Positions 1-10,169 of a stretch of 64,000 nt of DNA are shown here, in pieces. Position numbers and translations under genes: made by a program. The notes under the pieces were generated by a model, which saw nothing but the letters and a program-made list of their open reading frames with translations, made no database searches and was not told the DNA's origin. Source of the stretch: an uncultured Verrucomicrobiae bacterium (GTDB lineage Bacteria; Verrucomicrobiota; Verrucomicrobiia; Limisphaerales; Palsa-1400); the NCBI GenBank assembly GCA_963764165.1, contig CAVXRD010000001.1, positions 256,001 through 320,000 on the forward strand, given 5' to 3'. How positions within the stretch are numbered: the stretch's first letter is position 1; every line of letters begins with the position of its first letter.

Positions 1-901
1 CTCTCTGGATTTCAAAGGGGACGCCGTTCCCGCAGAGGATATCCTGGATCATCGGCAGTTTGTTGAACTCGTAATGCAGAAAGCGCTATGGCACCTCACC
101 TTGCCACGCGGCGTCGCGAGACCGGCCCAGGATGCTGACTTTGGCGAACTTCCTCATGTGCTTATTCGGGGCAGCGGAACAACGGGCGCGCGGCAGCTTG
201 AATCTAGCGAGGCGGCGTCGCTCAATGACTTCAAGTCCCGCTGGAAAGAAATCCAATCGTGGCCACTGGTGAAAATTATCGACGCCAAAGTTCCTGTTTA
301 TGAAGTTGCGCGCTTTGACTCCGGCCTCGTGTGCGTCCTAACGAACTGCCCCGAGGTGAGATTGGGAGCCGAAGTTAACGGCTTTGTTGAAATTGGCCTG
401 CGCGATGGGCGGGAAGGCTTTATTCGGAATGAATCGAGAATATTTCGGTTGCAGGACGCGTTCCGAAAGGAGAAGCACATCGCCCTTCATAAGGATCCGG
501 ATTACACATCACTCATTGTCGCCATGGTGACGCGGGGTGACGCATTAAGGTCATCCGAACCTGCCGTCGAGCGAGATGGAATCACTTGGGTGCCGGTGTC
601 TGGCAATCACGGCAAGAGAGGGTTTATGGCCGCGGAGGCTGAACCCGCGTTTTCGGCTCCGTCCACGCCGGAGGAAAATCGGAAAAGGCGGTCAGGAATG
701 CAAGACACCGCGCGCGTTTCGTACATCCGTTTAATGGCCGCGCTGGGAAGCGTTGTAGCGGGGATTGTTTTCAAAGGAATTGGCGAGGCGAATCCCAAAA
801 GGATTATTTTCTGCAACATTTGCGCCGCTGCGTTGTTTGCGCTGGGATTTTTCAAATTCCTTCAGGCGTTCGCCATGTTCTTTCAGAGTCGTAAGGAATA
901 G
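1..901 (+). CDS. Membrane-anchored protein with probable SH3b-like repeats (5'-partial)
   Basis: Frame is open from position 2. Two SH3b-like segments (GFVEIGLRDGREGFI; DGITWVPVSGNHGKRGFM) and two C-terminal hydrophobic helices. Confidence 0.55.
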   Translation, partial: SLDFKGDAVPAEDILDHRQFVELVMQKALWHLTLPRGVARPAQDADFGELPHVLIRGSGTTGARQLESSEAASLNDFKSRWKEIQSWPLVKIIDAKVPVYEVARFDSGLVCVLTNCPEVRLGAEVNGFVEIGLRDGREGFIRNESRIFRLQDAFRKEKHIALHKDPDYTSLIVAMVTRGDALRSSEPAVERDGITWVPVSGNHGKRGFMAAEAEPAFSAPSTPEENRKRRSGMQDTARVSYIRLMAALGSVVAGIVFKGIGEANPKRIIFCNICAAALFALGFFKFLQAFAMFFQSRKE

Positions 902-944
902 AATACAATTGTTCAAGAGAGATCATATTCGCCATAGTAATTCC

Positions 945-1186
945 ATGAAAACGACCTTCGTGCTTGATGCCTCTAACCGGACCGTGCTTTCGCGGGAACT
1001 GCGGCGGGCGGCCGGGATTTCTCGGCGGCAAAACTATTGGTCTCGGCCACACCGGGGCGCATCGTTTTTGAGATGGAGGCCAATCCATCCGGGCGCGTCG
1101 TTAAACGCGGCAGACTCAAGGTCTGGACGGGTGCCGTTCCGGTCACGCCAATTGAGGTGGCCGTTGCACAATCTCGGCACTGCTAA
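945..1186 (+). pseudogene. AbrB/MazE-type antitoxin, frameshifted near 1025
   Basis: MKTTFVLDASNRTVLSRELRRAAGI continues in another frame as KLLVSATPGRIVFEMEANPSGRVVKRGRLKVWTG...; AbrB-like pattern. Confidence 0.7.
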
Positions 1187-1188
1187 CG

Positions 1189-1271
1189 ATGACCTTTCCG
1201 TCCAGATCGTGACGCGCAACCTGTCGCACTTTCCGCATGTGGCACCGGACATTGAGATTCTGACTCCTTGA
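1189..1271 (+). pseudogene. PIN (VapC-like) toxin remnant
   Basis: ATG-ACC-TTT start just after the antitoxin stop, then an out-of-frame VQIVTRNLSHFPHVAPDIEILTP*, which resembles a PIN C-terminus. Confidence 0.6.
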
Positions 1272-1475
1272 GAGGCTTGCAGACTCGGGCACTGGTGTTC
1301 GGGTGTCCGACCAAGCATCGTCGGAAATGCGGATCTCAGCGCGTCTGCCTCGGCGCACTTGCAAATCGTCTCGTCTCTTCCAGCATTGGATTGACGACGC
1401 AGCTAAGCCTCCTACAATGCTGTCCGACGTGGAATAGTGTCGCAAGAAGGCGCAGTTTCCGGCAACCAATTCTCA

Positions 1476-4031
1476 ATGAATCAACTACTACAGAGAACGT
1501 TTACAATCCTGCTATGGGCTATGCTTCTGTCCATTGGAATAACGGGATGTAATAAGAGCAAGGACGACGGAGACCAAAACGGCCAAAAGACGGGATCCCA
1601 ACCGCAGCAGACCTCCCAAGAGGTCTATTTCAAAACCCATTTCCAAGACGAATCCCAGTTCCTGATTGAATCGGTACTGGCAGATGTATCGGAGATGGCA
1701 TATTTCGCCAAACACCATGAATTGCCAAGGGATCTAGCGGTGGACGCGAAGGAAACCGCCCATTCCGACTTGGATGCGCCGTCATACGAAATTACCGTTC
1801 GACTTCCAGAAAAGACGATTCGCGCGAAGTTGCGGGTAGATCAGGCCATCTGGGCGCCGGAACTGTATGCCCCAATTGGAAGCAACATCTTTGAGGCGTT
1901 GAAACTCGCCCCGAGTGCGCCAACCGGCAAGGAGAATGGCGGAACGGAAATGGTTGCGTCGTTGTTGCAATTAACTGCCACCAATATCGAGGCGGAGAAC
2001 GAAAAGCTTTCGGCGGAGTTGGAGCGGAATTTTGATGATCCAAACCTCCACGAACGGGCTGCCATGTTGATAGGCGCGTTCGCGTTTCGGGAGCAATACG
2101 GCGCGTTTGAGGACGTTCGCAATCAACTCTGCCGCATGACCTCCCATTTGACCGTCGCTAGACTTCTCCGGAACGAGGCAAATTACTCGGCCACGGGCAA
2201 AGTGGCGGACGCACTCTTGTTCACGCGAATGGAAAATGCGACCGATGCGATTGGCAAAATTAAATCGCTGGACACTAATGTGGCTGAAGTGGGCGCGTGG
2301 GCGCGCGCCTTATATGCCCGAGACACCAAGGATTATCGCGCACTGGAAGCCGTTCCGCATCGGACGCTGGCGGAGGAGTTTGAGTATTTTCAGGCCCAAG
2401 CCCTGTGTCTGAATCCAGAACTGCCTTGGGAAGCCCTGCCAGAGAATTTGAAGACAAATTACGCTGATTTCTACCACATCCTGGGCCAATCGGAGGAGTC
2501 CATAGAACTCGGCCACACGCTGCTGCAGGAACGCATCCCAATCGAGCTGAAAGAATTCGATGCTGTATACAAAATGACGCACCATGATCGCCAGGCAACG
2601 GGAAGACTGGCGGACGTTCTCAATAACCCGCCCGAACGCTGTTTTTCAGCGACGGCATCTGGTTCCCGCAAGGTATCGGTGATTGGATGGGGACAGTGGG
2701 CCGCCTATTATCAACGGCAGCTTTGCAGCGCGGCCACCGACAATTTTCACTTCCTCCTGGCCCGCTATGGTTCGCCGGAGGACGCCGCGGCCTATAGCGA
2801 GCAGGTGAACAAATTGTTTTCGGGACTAACCCTTTTCCCATTTGTTCTGCGGTCTGACTGCACGAATGAAGCCACTTATCGGTCCTCGATCGACCTTTGT
2901 TATCCAGCAACCCAAGCGTCGCCCCAGGCTTTTAACGCGAATTGCTGGAACCTTATATGCGTTCCCGAGCCTTTCGCCGAGTTCTACCAGCCCTTTCCCA
3001 GCCCGCACTTGGTGGATTGGTTCAAACATGACCCGCCCCCTGGGACGGCGTTCGAAATGGGATGCCGGGAGATTCAACCACCCATTACGGAGCGCGCGGA
3101 CATTGGGCCGTTTCTCGAGTCTCTGCACGAAAAAGATGCAGCCTCCTGGAACATAATCCTGGCGGTTCTGCATTTGAAATACCACGACAATATTACCGCC
3201 GAACAGCTTGAGGCGCTGCTCCGTCCCGTCTTGGATTACGATGCAAGGTCCATGACTTATCTCGCGGGCAAATTCGAAAACGATCCCGTTCGCTATGAAA
3301 AATCGATGCTCAAGGCCGCGGATCTCATGCCTGCCGCCAACACGGGTCTCGGCTATCATTTTGCCCAACTCGGCGATGACCAAAAGGCGATTGAGTATCT
3401 AAAGAAAGGAATGGATTTCGATCACAATGGAGTCGTCGCAGCAGCCAACGCCGGGGCGCTCATGAAGCTTTATTTGAAACATGGCCGCGACAAGGAAGCG
3501 TCTGATCTCGTCGATAAAGCAGCGTCCATCTATTCGGCTGCCGGTTTCAGAGCCAAGGCCGATTATTTGGAAGCGAAAGGGCGGTATAAAGAAGCCCTGA
3601 ATTGCTACGATGAAATCGAGGCGCGATATGGCCCAAGGGAAGACACTGTGGCATTTTTGCTTCGCGCGAAAGCCAAAACCGGCGGAAAGGAATTCGACAA
3701 AATTCTGTCCACTCGCACGGCTGACTTCTTTCCGAACGGCATGGAGAGAGTCACCTTGGCCAGCTTCCGCAAACCACCGGACGACGGGGTAATCCTCGGC
3801 GGCGACAATGCCGAAACTGCCAAGGTTAAGCTGAATATGGGAGACGTGATTGTCGCGCTTCACGGAATCCGCGTCCATAACTTCACCCAGTTTTCATTTG
3901 TTCGCGATACGGCTAGCGAATCTGTATTGGACCTGATCGTTTGGCAAGGCGGCCACTATCATCAGATTAAAGCAAGTCCGCCAAATCGCAAATTCGGAGT
4001 CCAAATGCCCGATTATCATAGGGGCCAATGA
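1476..4031 (+). CDS. Lipoprotein with TPR-like repeats and C-terminal PDZ-like domain
   Basis: Lipobox ITGC after a hydrophobic stretch, helical TPR-like region, and LNMGDVIVALHGIRV PDZ-like motif. Confidence 0.7.
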   Translation: MNQLLQRTFTILLWAMLLSIGITGCNKSKDDGDQNGQKTGSQPQQTSQEVYFKTHFQDESQFLIESVLADVSEMAYFAKHHELPRDLAVDAKETAHSDLDAPSYEITVRLPEKTIRAKLRVDQAIWAPELYAPIGSNIFEALKLAPSAPTGKENGGTEMVASLLQLTATNIEAENEKLSAELERNFDDPNLHERAAMLIGAFAFREQYGAFEDVRNQLCRMTSHLTVARLLRNEANYSATGKVADALLFTRMENATDAIGKIKSLDTNVAEVGAWARALYARDTKDYRALEAVPHRTLAEEFEYFQAQALCLNPELPWEALPENLKTNYADFYHILGQSEESIELGHTLLQERIPIELKEFDAVYKMTHHDRQATGRLADVLNNPPERCFSATASGSRKVSVIGWGQWAAYYQRQLCSAATDNFHFLLARYGSPEDAAAYSEQVNKLFSGLTLFPFVLRSDCTNEATYRSSIDLCYPATQASPQAFNANCWNLICVPEPFAEFYQPFPSPHLVDWFKHDPPPGTAFEMGCREIQPPITERADIGPFLESLHEKDAASWNIILAVLHLKYHDNITAEQLEALLRPVLDYDARSMTYLAGKFENDPVRYEKSMLKAADLMPAANTGLGYHFAQLGDDQKAIEYLKKGMDFDHNGVVAAANAGALMKLYLKHGRDKEASDLVDKAASIYSAAGFRAKADYLEAKGRYKEALNCYDEIEARYGPREDTVAFLLRAKAKTGGKEFDKILSTRTADFFPNGMERVTLASFRKPPDDGVILGGDNAETAKVKLNMGDVIVALHGIRVHNFTQFSFVRDTASESVLDLIVWQGGHYHQIKASPPNRKFGVQMPDYHRGQ

Positions 4032-4112
4032 ACCCGCGACGGCATTGCGCCATACGGCAATAGGCATAACTTGACGCGGAATTGAGAAAACCACATTTGT
4101 TGCAGACCCCGT

Positions 4113-5708
4113 ATGCCTCCAAAGTGCGATATTTGCGGAGTTGCCGCGTTGGAAAACGAGCATTTTATCGTGGAGACTTTGCCGTTCCGCGGATCAAAAG
4201 CTTATTGTCCGGCTTGCCGGCAAAGGTTTTATCGCCGGGTTTACACCGTGCTGACGGCAGCCCTTGTGAGCATGGGAATCATTGGTGTGCTCAATGCGAT
4301 ATGGACTCATAGCGGTTTGCTCAAATCGGTTCCGGTGCAACTGGCTTTGCTGGTTGGCGTGCAATGGTTCATGATTCTCCCCCACGAACTCGGCCATGGC
4401 CTGGCAGCACGGTCGCTCGGATACAGCCAGATAAGAATTTTGGTTGGCGCGGGAAGACCGGTCTTCTCACTGAAAATGTTCGGTATTCCAACCCTCTTCA
4501 ACTTGATTCCCTTCGGAGGAGTGACGATTTTTCAAGCGACGGGCCCTTTTACTCGCGGGCGATCATTGCTGTTTGTCAGCGCCGGCTTGGCGGTCAATCT
4601 TGCCGCTGCGGTTTTCGCCCTCTGCCTGGCATCGCCTGCGGTGATTTTCAGCTTTCAGACTGCCAGCGCGGCAAAAATCTTCTTTTGGGCAAACTTGTTT
4701 GTGCTGTTTGAAAATCTGCTCCCTTATCAGGTTCAGACACCGTTTGGCCCCTTGAACTCAGATGGTCGTCATCTATTCAATATTCTGTTCCGCTGGAATA
4801 AGCCGCTCAAGAGTGGAACCACCACTGTTCCTTCATGGGAAATTGCGATTCGACTTTTGCTAAAGTGGACATTGCTCCTGATCATGTGTGTTGGTGCGCT
4901 GCTATTTCTTCTGCTGGCAGCCCTTCCGTTCCTCTCGCGAAGCGGCGAAAGCACTTTGGTGGCGAAAATTGCTCTGCCTGCGATTATGCTGCCGCTGGCG
5001 GCGGTGACCGTTTTCATGTGTGCGCGGATTGCAAAGTCACCCATCTCCCGCGTTCGAACAAACAACACCCCCTCTGGATTTCAATCTGCAATCGTGCTGA
5101 CCCCGGAACTCCATGGACTGTATCTAAGAGCCATTGAGCGCAGCGCGCAGAATGATTTTGACGCGGCCCAAACTTTGCTCGATCAAGTCGTTGCGGGACT
5201 TGCGAACAACCCTCCTGCTAAATACTTGCCTCTTCGGATGTTGAAGCTGGACTTCATGATCACTCAAAGACAGGTTGAACTTGCGGAGAAACTCTGCCGC
5301 GACTGGGTCGAACAGGCGCCCACTCATGCGGAAAAAATCATGATTCTCGACAGTTTTGCCTGCCTGTTCATATACCGGACTCCTCCAACCGATCTGGATG
5401 TCGCGGAGCGCTTCGCGCGAGACGCCCTCGCAATCGCTCCTGGAACCTTAACGCTTATGGGCACGCTCGGCGGAATTCTTACAGAGCAAAAACGCTTTGC
5501 GGAGGCGACGCCATTGTCACAGGAATGCTTCGATCGCACCGCCGTGATTAGAGATCGAGGGATTTCCGCCTATTACCTCGGCGTGTTAAAACTCAATGCC
5601 GGAGACAAAGCCGAAGCCAAAAGACTCATTGATCTCGCGATGCTTCTGAATCCCGCCCCTTGGCTGGTGGCGAAAGCCAAAGCCAAGCTCAAAGAACTGG
5701 ACGCGTGA
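4113..5708 (+). CDS. M50 (site-2) metalloprotease with N-terminal Zn-ribbon and C-terminal TPR
   Basis: HELGH, AG..VN and NLLP...SDG motifs; CDIC/CPAC pairs; TPR-like tail. Confidence 0.8.
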   Translation: MPPKCDICGVAALENEHFIVETLPFRGSKAYCPACRQRFYRRVYTVLTAALVSMGIIGVLNAIWTHSGLLKSVPVQLALLVGVQWFMILPHELGHGLAARSLGYSQIRILVGAGRPVFSLKMFGIPTLFNLIPFGGVTIFQATGPFTRGRSLLFVSAGLAVNLAAAVFALCLASPAVIFSFQTASAAKIFFWANLFVLFENLLPYQVQTPFGPLNSDGRHLFNILFRWNKPLKSGTTTVPSWEIAIRLLLKWTLLLIMCVGALLFLLLAALPFLSRSGESTLVAKIALPAIMLPLAAVTVFMCARIAKSPISRVRTNNTPSGFQSAIVLTPELHGLYLRAIERSAQNDFDAAQTLLDQVVAGLANNPPAKYLPLRMLKLDFMITQRQVELAEKLCRDWVEQAPTHAEKIMILDSFACLFIYRTPPTDLDVAERFARDALAIAPGTLTLMGTLGGILTEQKRFAEATPLSQECFDRTAVIRDRGISAYYLGVLKLNAGDKAEAKRLIDLAMLLNPAPWLVAKAKAKLKELDA

Positions 5709-5742
5709 TCGCGCAGAGAGCCCTCGACAGACCGCGCAGCAA

Positions 5743-6046
5743 GGTAGCGCCTCGCCGAGGCGGCCGGGGACGTGGCACTTTTCACACTCGATCTCCTCTC
5801 AAAGGATTTACCAAAAAATCCTTCTGCTTGGCCAAGTCTTTGCCAGAATCAAACGCCTGCAAACCTTCACGTCCCCGGACGCCTCGGCGGAGATTGTCTC
5901 AAAACTACAAAATCCTCAAAGTGTGTCAATACTACTAATCTCTCATTTGCGATATGGCGCATTTTTATTTTCGGCGAGGGTGTTTTGGTGGTGCTTTTTG
6001 AAGCCGTTTTTGAGTTTTGAGACAGACTCGGCGAGGCGTCCCTACC
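5743..6046. repeat. GTAG-type REP doublet, right arm interrupted by a MITE
   Basis: ggtagcgcctcgccgaggc...ggggacgtg pairs with cacgtccccggacgcctcggcg[MITE]ggcgaggcgtccctacc. Confidence 0.8.
5890..6029. mobile_element. 140-bp MITE, copy 1
   Basis: Terminal inverted repeats gagattgtctcaaaact / agttttgagacagactc (15/17 match), 4-bp duplication GGCG, and a second copy at 58661. Confidence 0.9.
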
Positions 6047-6073
6047 TTTTACCCACTTCCAATCACACTCCTC

Positions 6074-7924
6074 TCATTCCACAGTCACGCTCTTGGCGAG
6101 GTTGCGCGGCTTGTCAACATCACAACCCCGTTGAACGGCGATGTGGTAGGCGAAGAGTTGCAGGGGGACGCTGGCAAGGATTGGATACAACGGTTCAAGC
6201 GTGGCGGGGAGGTAGATGACGTCGTCGGCGAGGTTGGCGATTTCGCTGTCGCCTTCGGTGGCGATGGCGATGATGGGGCCTTTGCGGGCGCGGATCATGG
6301 CCATGTTCGCGAGTGTCTTCTCATGCATTGAATCTTGCGGCACGACGAAGACTGTCGGCGTGGCGGCTTCGATCAGGGCGATGGGGCCGTGCTTCATCTC
6401 GGCGGCGGAATAGCCTTCGGCGTGGATGTAGGATATTTCTTTCAGCTTGAGCGCGCCTTCCAACGCTATCGGAAAGGTGTAGCCGCGGCTCAGGTAGAAA
6501 AAATCGCGCGCGTGGCTGTACTTCGCGGCGAGTTCGCAGATGGCACCGCTTTGCTTCAGCAATGTTTCTATTTGACGCGGAATTTCCTCGAGCGCCTTCA
6601 GAATTTCCCGCGCCCGATGCACCGACAGCATACGCATGCGCCCAAGGTGAATGCCCAGCAATGTAAGAATGACGAGCATCGAAGTGAATGCTTTGGTTGA
6701 CGCCACGCCAATCTCCGGCCCGGCGTGCATGTAAATGCCGCCGTCGGATTCCCGCGCGATGGTGCTGCCGACGACGTTGCAAATGGCCAGCGCGCGGTGG
6801 CCGCGGCGCTTGGCTTCCCGCAATGCGCCGAGCGTGTCCGCCGTTTCGCCGGATTGCGAAATCACCAGCAGCACGGTGTCGCGGTCGAGCGGGGCGTTGC
6901 GATTGTAAAATTCATGCGCGTATTCGACCTCGACGGGAAGGTGCGCCAATTCCTCAATCAAATACTCGCCGACCAGCGCGGCGTGCCAGCTCGTGCCGGT
7001 GGCGGCGATCACAATTCGGTTGATGTTGCGCAATTCCGCCGGGGTCATGTTCAATCCGCCGAAACGCGCGGTCGCGCCCTCGAAATCGATGCGCCCGCGC
7101 AGCGCATTCTCCACCGCGCGCGGCTGTTCGAAAATCTCCTTCAGCATGAAATGCGGGAAGGTCCCGCGCTCGGCATCCTGCGCGTCGAAAGCAAGGTGGC
7201 TGATCTGCACTTGCGCCGTGTCCGCGCCGAGATTCTGAACGTCATAACGCTCGTTGGTGATGGCGGCGACGTCGTAGTCATTCAAGTAAACGACTTGCCG
7301 CGTGTGGGCGACAATGGCATTGGCGTCGCTGGCCAGAAAATTTTCGTCCTCGCCCACGCCGATGATCAGCGGCGAGCCGCGCCGCGCGCCGACGATCAAT
7401 CCCGGATGATCGACGCAAACGAGCGCAAGTCCGTAGGTGCCGATGACCTCGCGCAAGGCATCGCACACCGCTTTCACCAGCGCGGTGGAATCCTGCGATG
7501 CGCCCGCCTTGTAATGCGCGCCAATCAAGTGCGCCAGCACTTCCGTGTCCGTCGCGGATTGAAACGTGTGGCCCTGCGCGAGAAGTTTTTGTTTGAGGCG
7601 GTCGCAATTTTCGATGACGCCATTATGAACGACCGCTATTTTTCCAGATTGATCCAGGTGCGGGTGGGAATTCTCGTCAGAAGGCGGACCGTGCGTGGCC
7701 CATCGCGTGTGGCCGATGCCGATGAATCCCGGGGCGGGCGCGCCGCGCAAATGCGCCGCCAGACCGTCGTCAATGCTGCCGGCCTTTTTCCGCACCTGCA
7801 TGGCGCCTTGTCCCAGAACAGCGAGGCCCGCGCTGTCATAACCGCGATATTGCAACCGGCGCAATCCGTCCACCAGAATTGGGCTCGCATCCTTCCTGCC
7901 GACATATCCGACGATGCCACACAT
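6074..7924 (-). CDS. glmS: Glutamine-fructose-6-phosphate transaminase (isomerizing)
   Basis: MCGIVG start, GHTRWATHG, SQSGETAD and PRNLAKSVTVE end. Confidence 0.98.
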   Translation of the reverse strand: MCGIVGYVGRKDASPILVDGLRRLQYRGYDSAGLAVLGQGAMQVRKKAGSIDDGLAAHLRGAPAPGFIGIGHTRWATHGPPSDENSHPHLDQSGKIAVVHNGVIENCDRLKQKLLAQGHTFQSATDTEVLAHLIGAHYKAGASQDSTALVKAVCDALREVIGTYGLALVCVDHPGLIVGARRGSPLIIGVGEDENFLASDANAIVAHTRQVVYLNDYDVAAITNERYDVQNLGADTAQVQISHLAFDAQDAERGTFPHFMLKEIFEQPRAVENALRGRIDFEGATARFGGLNMTPAELRNINRIVIAATGTSWHAALVGEYLIEELAHLPVEVEYAHEFYNRNAPLDRDTVLLVISQSGETADTLGALREAKRRGHRALAICNVVGSTIARESDGGIYMHAGPEIGVASTKAFTSMLVILTLLGIHLGRMRMLSVHRAREILKALEEIPRQIETLLKQSGAICELAAKYSHARDFFYLSRGYTFPIALEGALKLKEISYIHAEGYSAAEMKHGPIALIEAATPTVFVVPQDSMHEKTLANMAMIRARKGPIIAIATEGDSEIANLADDVIYLPATLEPLYPILASVPLQLFAYHIAVQRGCDVDKPRNLAKSVTVE

Positions 7925-8015
7925 AGAGGCGATGGTGCTCGATGCGCAGCCAAATGAACAGTAGGCAAACTGCTTATAGTATGTTTGTCAGGCAGCATCG
8001 CATTCTCGTGGCAAA

Positions 8016-8117
8016 GGTGGGGACGCCTCGCCAAGGCGTCCGGTTGCGTGGGATTTATTCCACGGTCTTCGGATGAGCAGCGCCTCGCCCCGGACGCCTC
8101 GGCGAGGCGTCCCTACC
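8016..8117. repeat. GTAG-type REP doublet (intact)
   Basis: ggtggggacgcctcgccaaggcgtcc ... ggacgcctcggcgaggcgtccctacc as inverted arms. Confidence 0.85.
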
Positions 8118-8174
8118 TTCAAACCGAAAAGATTGATGCGGGGCATTCCGGTGGTAATATGAGCGTCAAGGGTC

Positions 8175-9869
8175 ATGTTGTTTACACGATTTAGAAAAAT
8201 TGGCCGCGCGGTCGGGCACTTGCAGCGCCTGCGTGTCATCATCAGCGTCTTTCTGCATTACGGCTACGAGGATCTGGCCCGCCGCCTGCCGATTCCAAGC
8301 CCGTGGCATCTCCCCTTGCGCGCCCAGCGCCGGGCGCAGGAGGAAATCGCCCTGCTGACGGGGCCGGAGCGGTTTCGCAAGGCGCTCGAACAACTCGGCC
8401 CGACGTTCATCAAACTCGGGCAATTGCTGTCAACACGAACTCATCTGCTCCCGCGCGATTTCACGCTCGAGCTGGCCAAATTGCATGATAATGTTCCGCC
8501 CGTTTCCTTCGCGCAGGCCGAGGCCGTGATGACAGCGGAATTGAAGCGCCCGCTGGGCGAAGTCTTTCAAAGCATCGAGGAAACGCCGATCGGCTCAGCC
8601 TCGATTGCGCAGGTGCATCGCGCTGTCTTGGTCAACGGAGAAAAGTGCGTGATCAAAGTGCAGCGGCCCGGCATTGAAAAAACGGTGCGCGTCGATCTTG
8701 AGATCATGGCCTATCTGGCGTCGCTCCTGGAAAACCACGTCGAGGGCTGGCGCATTCATCAGCCAAGCGCCGTGGTGGCGGAATTCGCGCGCAGCATGGA
8801 GCAGGAACTGGATTTTCGCGCCGAGGCCGCGCATATCGAGCGCTTCGCGCATCAGTTTGCCGGCGAACTGACGATTTACGTTCCAATGGTGGTCTCGGGT
8901 TCTGTGACGCGGCGGGTATTGACCATGGAATACATCGAGGCGGTGAAGGCTTCGAATTTTGAATTGCTCGTGGCTTCCGGCTTGGACCGCCGCGAGATCG
9001 CCACCCGCATCACGGATCTCGTAATGAAGCAGATTTTCGTCCACGGCTTTTTCCACGCCGATCCGCACCCCGGCAACATTCACATTCTGCCGGGCAACAT
9101 CATTTGCTTTCTGGATTTCGGCATGATGGGTTTTCTCGACCACCAGACGCGCCAGACGTTTGCGCGCTTTGTGCAGGCCATTGGACAGCGCGATGAGACC
9201 GCCGCCGCCGCCGCCCTGCTCCGCCTCGCGCACGCTGAATTAGACCCGCCGCGCATCGGCTTCGAGGCGGACGTGGCTGAATTCATGCACCGCCATTTTT
9301 ACCGGCCGGCGGGTGAAATGGTCTTTGGCCGCCTGATCAATCATTTATTCACATTGACAGAGCGGCATCAATTGACGCTGCCCGCCGACCTCTCCGTCAT
9401 GCTCAAGGCGCTGGGGCTCATGGAGGATTTGGTCTGCCGCCTTGACCCCGGCCACGACATCATCGCGCAAGCCAAGCCGTTCATGCGCGAGGTTTTGTTC
9501 CGGCAGGTCGGGCCAAAACGGCTGATGCGTTCATGGCTGGAATTTGGCAGCGAGGCCATGAGTCTGGCGCAAGATTTGCCGCTGGAACTTCGCCGGTTGA
9601 TGTCGATTTTCAAAGACGGCCGCGGGCGCCTTCATATACACCATCAGGGCCTGGAGGGGCTGATGAACACACTTGAGCGCATCGTGAACCGCCTCGCGTT
9701 CGCGCTGGTGCTGGCGTCGCTGATTATTTCCTCGTCCGTCATTGTCCACGCGCGCGTCCCTCCGCTTTTGGGCCATCAGGTTTCCGCAATAGGCGTGGTG
9801 GGATACCTGGTGGCTGGCGTGATGGGATTCTGGCTGCTGATAGCCATGCTTCGCCACGGGAAGATGTAG
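8175..9869 (+). CDS. UbiB/ABC1/AarF family kinase
   Basis: LGPTFIKLGQ, ASIAQVH, KVQRP, FFHADPHPGN and DFGM motifs; C-terminal TM helices. Confidence 0.93.
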   Translation: MLFTRFRKIGRAVGHLQRLRVIISVFLHYGYEDLARRLPIPSPWHLPLRAQRRAQEEIALLTGPERFRKALEQLGPTFIKLGQLLSTRTHLLPRDFTLELAKLHDNVPPVSFAQAEAVMTAELKRPLGEVFQSIEETPIGSASIAQVHRAVLVNGEKCVIKVQRPGIEKTVRVDLEIMAYLASLLENHVEGWRIHQPSAVVAEFARSMEQELDFRAEAAHIERFAHQFAGELTIYVPMVVSGSVTRRVLTMEYIEAVKASNFELLVASGLDRREIATRITDLVMKQIFVHGFFHADPHPGNIHILPGNIICFLDFGMMGFLDHQTRQTFARFVQAIGQRDETAAAAALLRLAHAELDPPRIGFEADVAEFMHRHFYRPAGEMVFGRLINHLFTLTERHQLTLPADLSVMLKALGLMEDLVCRLDPGHDIIAQAKPFMREVLFRQVGPKRLMRSWLEFGSEAMSLAQDLPLELRRLMSIFKDGRGRLHIHHQGLEGLMNTLERIVNRLAFALVLASLIISSSVIVHARVPPLLGHQVSAIGVVGYLVAGVMGFWLLIAMLRHGKM

Positions 9870-9906
9870 GAGCGGTTATGACACGAACCCAACTTCGCAG
9901 TTGGGT

Positions 9907-10054
9907 TGGGGACCGCGACCGTCCCGGTCGCTCTGGCCGGCGTCTCGCCGGCCAGTCCTCCGCGACGAGGGGACATCACCGATTAGCGAGAAGCTGGACG
10001 ACGGAGGAATTTAGGCCATACGCCTAAAACGGCGGTCGGGACGACCGCGCTCCC
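9907..10054. repeat. TGGGA-type palindromic repeat
   Basis: gggaccgcgaccgtcccg ... gtcgggacgaccgcgctccc. A related element lies at about 58237-58377. Confidence 0.6.
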
Positions 10055-10169
10055 CATATGCAATCCGGACGGCGAAAACACCCCATTTTCAAATAGTCGC
10101 AGAAAAGCAAATTCGGGTTTGACACTTGTGCGGTGCAATCTTAGGTTTGTGGCGGTAGACAATAAAATT

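Noticed and set aside
7925..8175. glmS ribozyme upstream of glmS
   Set aside because: No recognisable ribozyme core; the space is mostly a REP doublet and a divergent promoter region.
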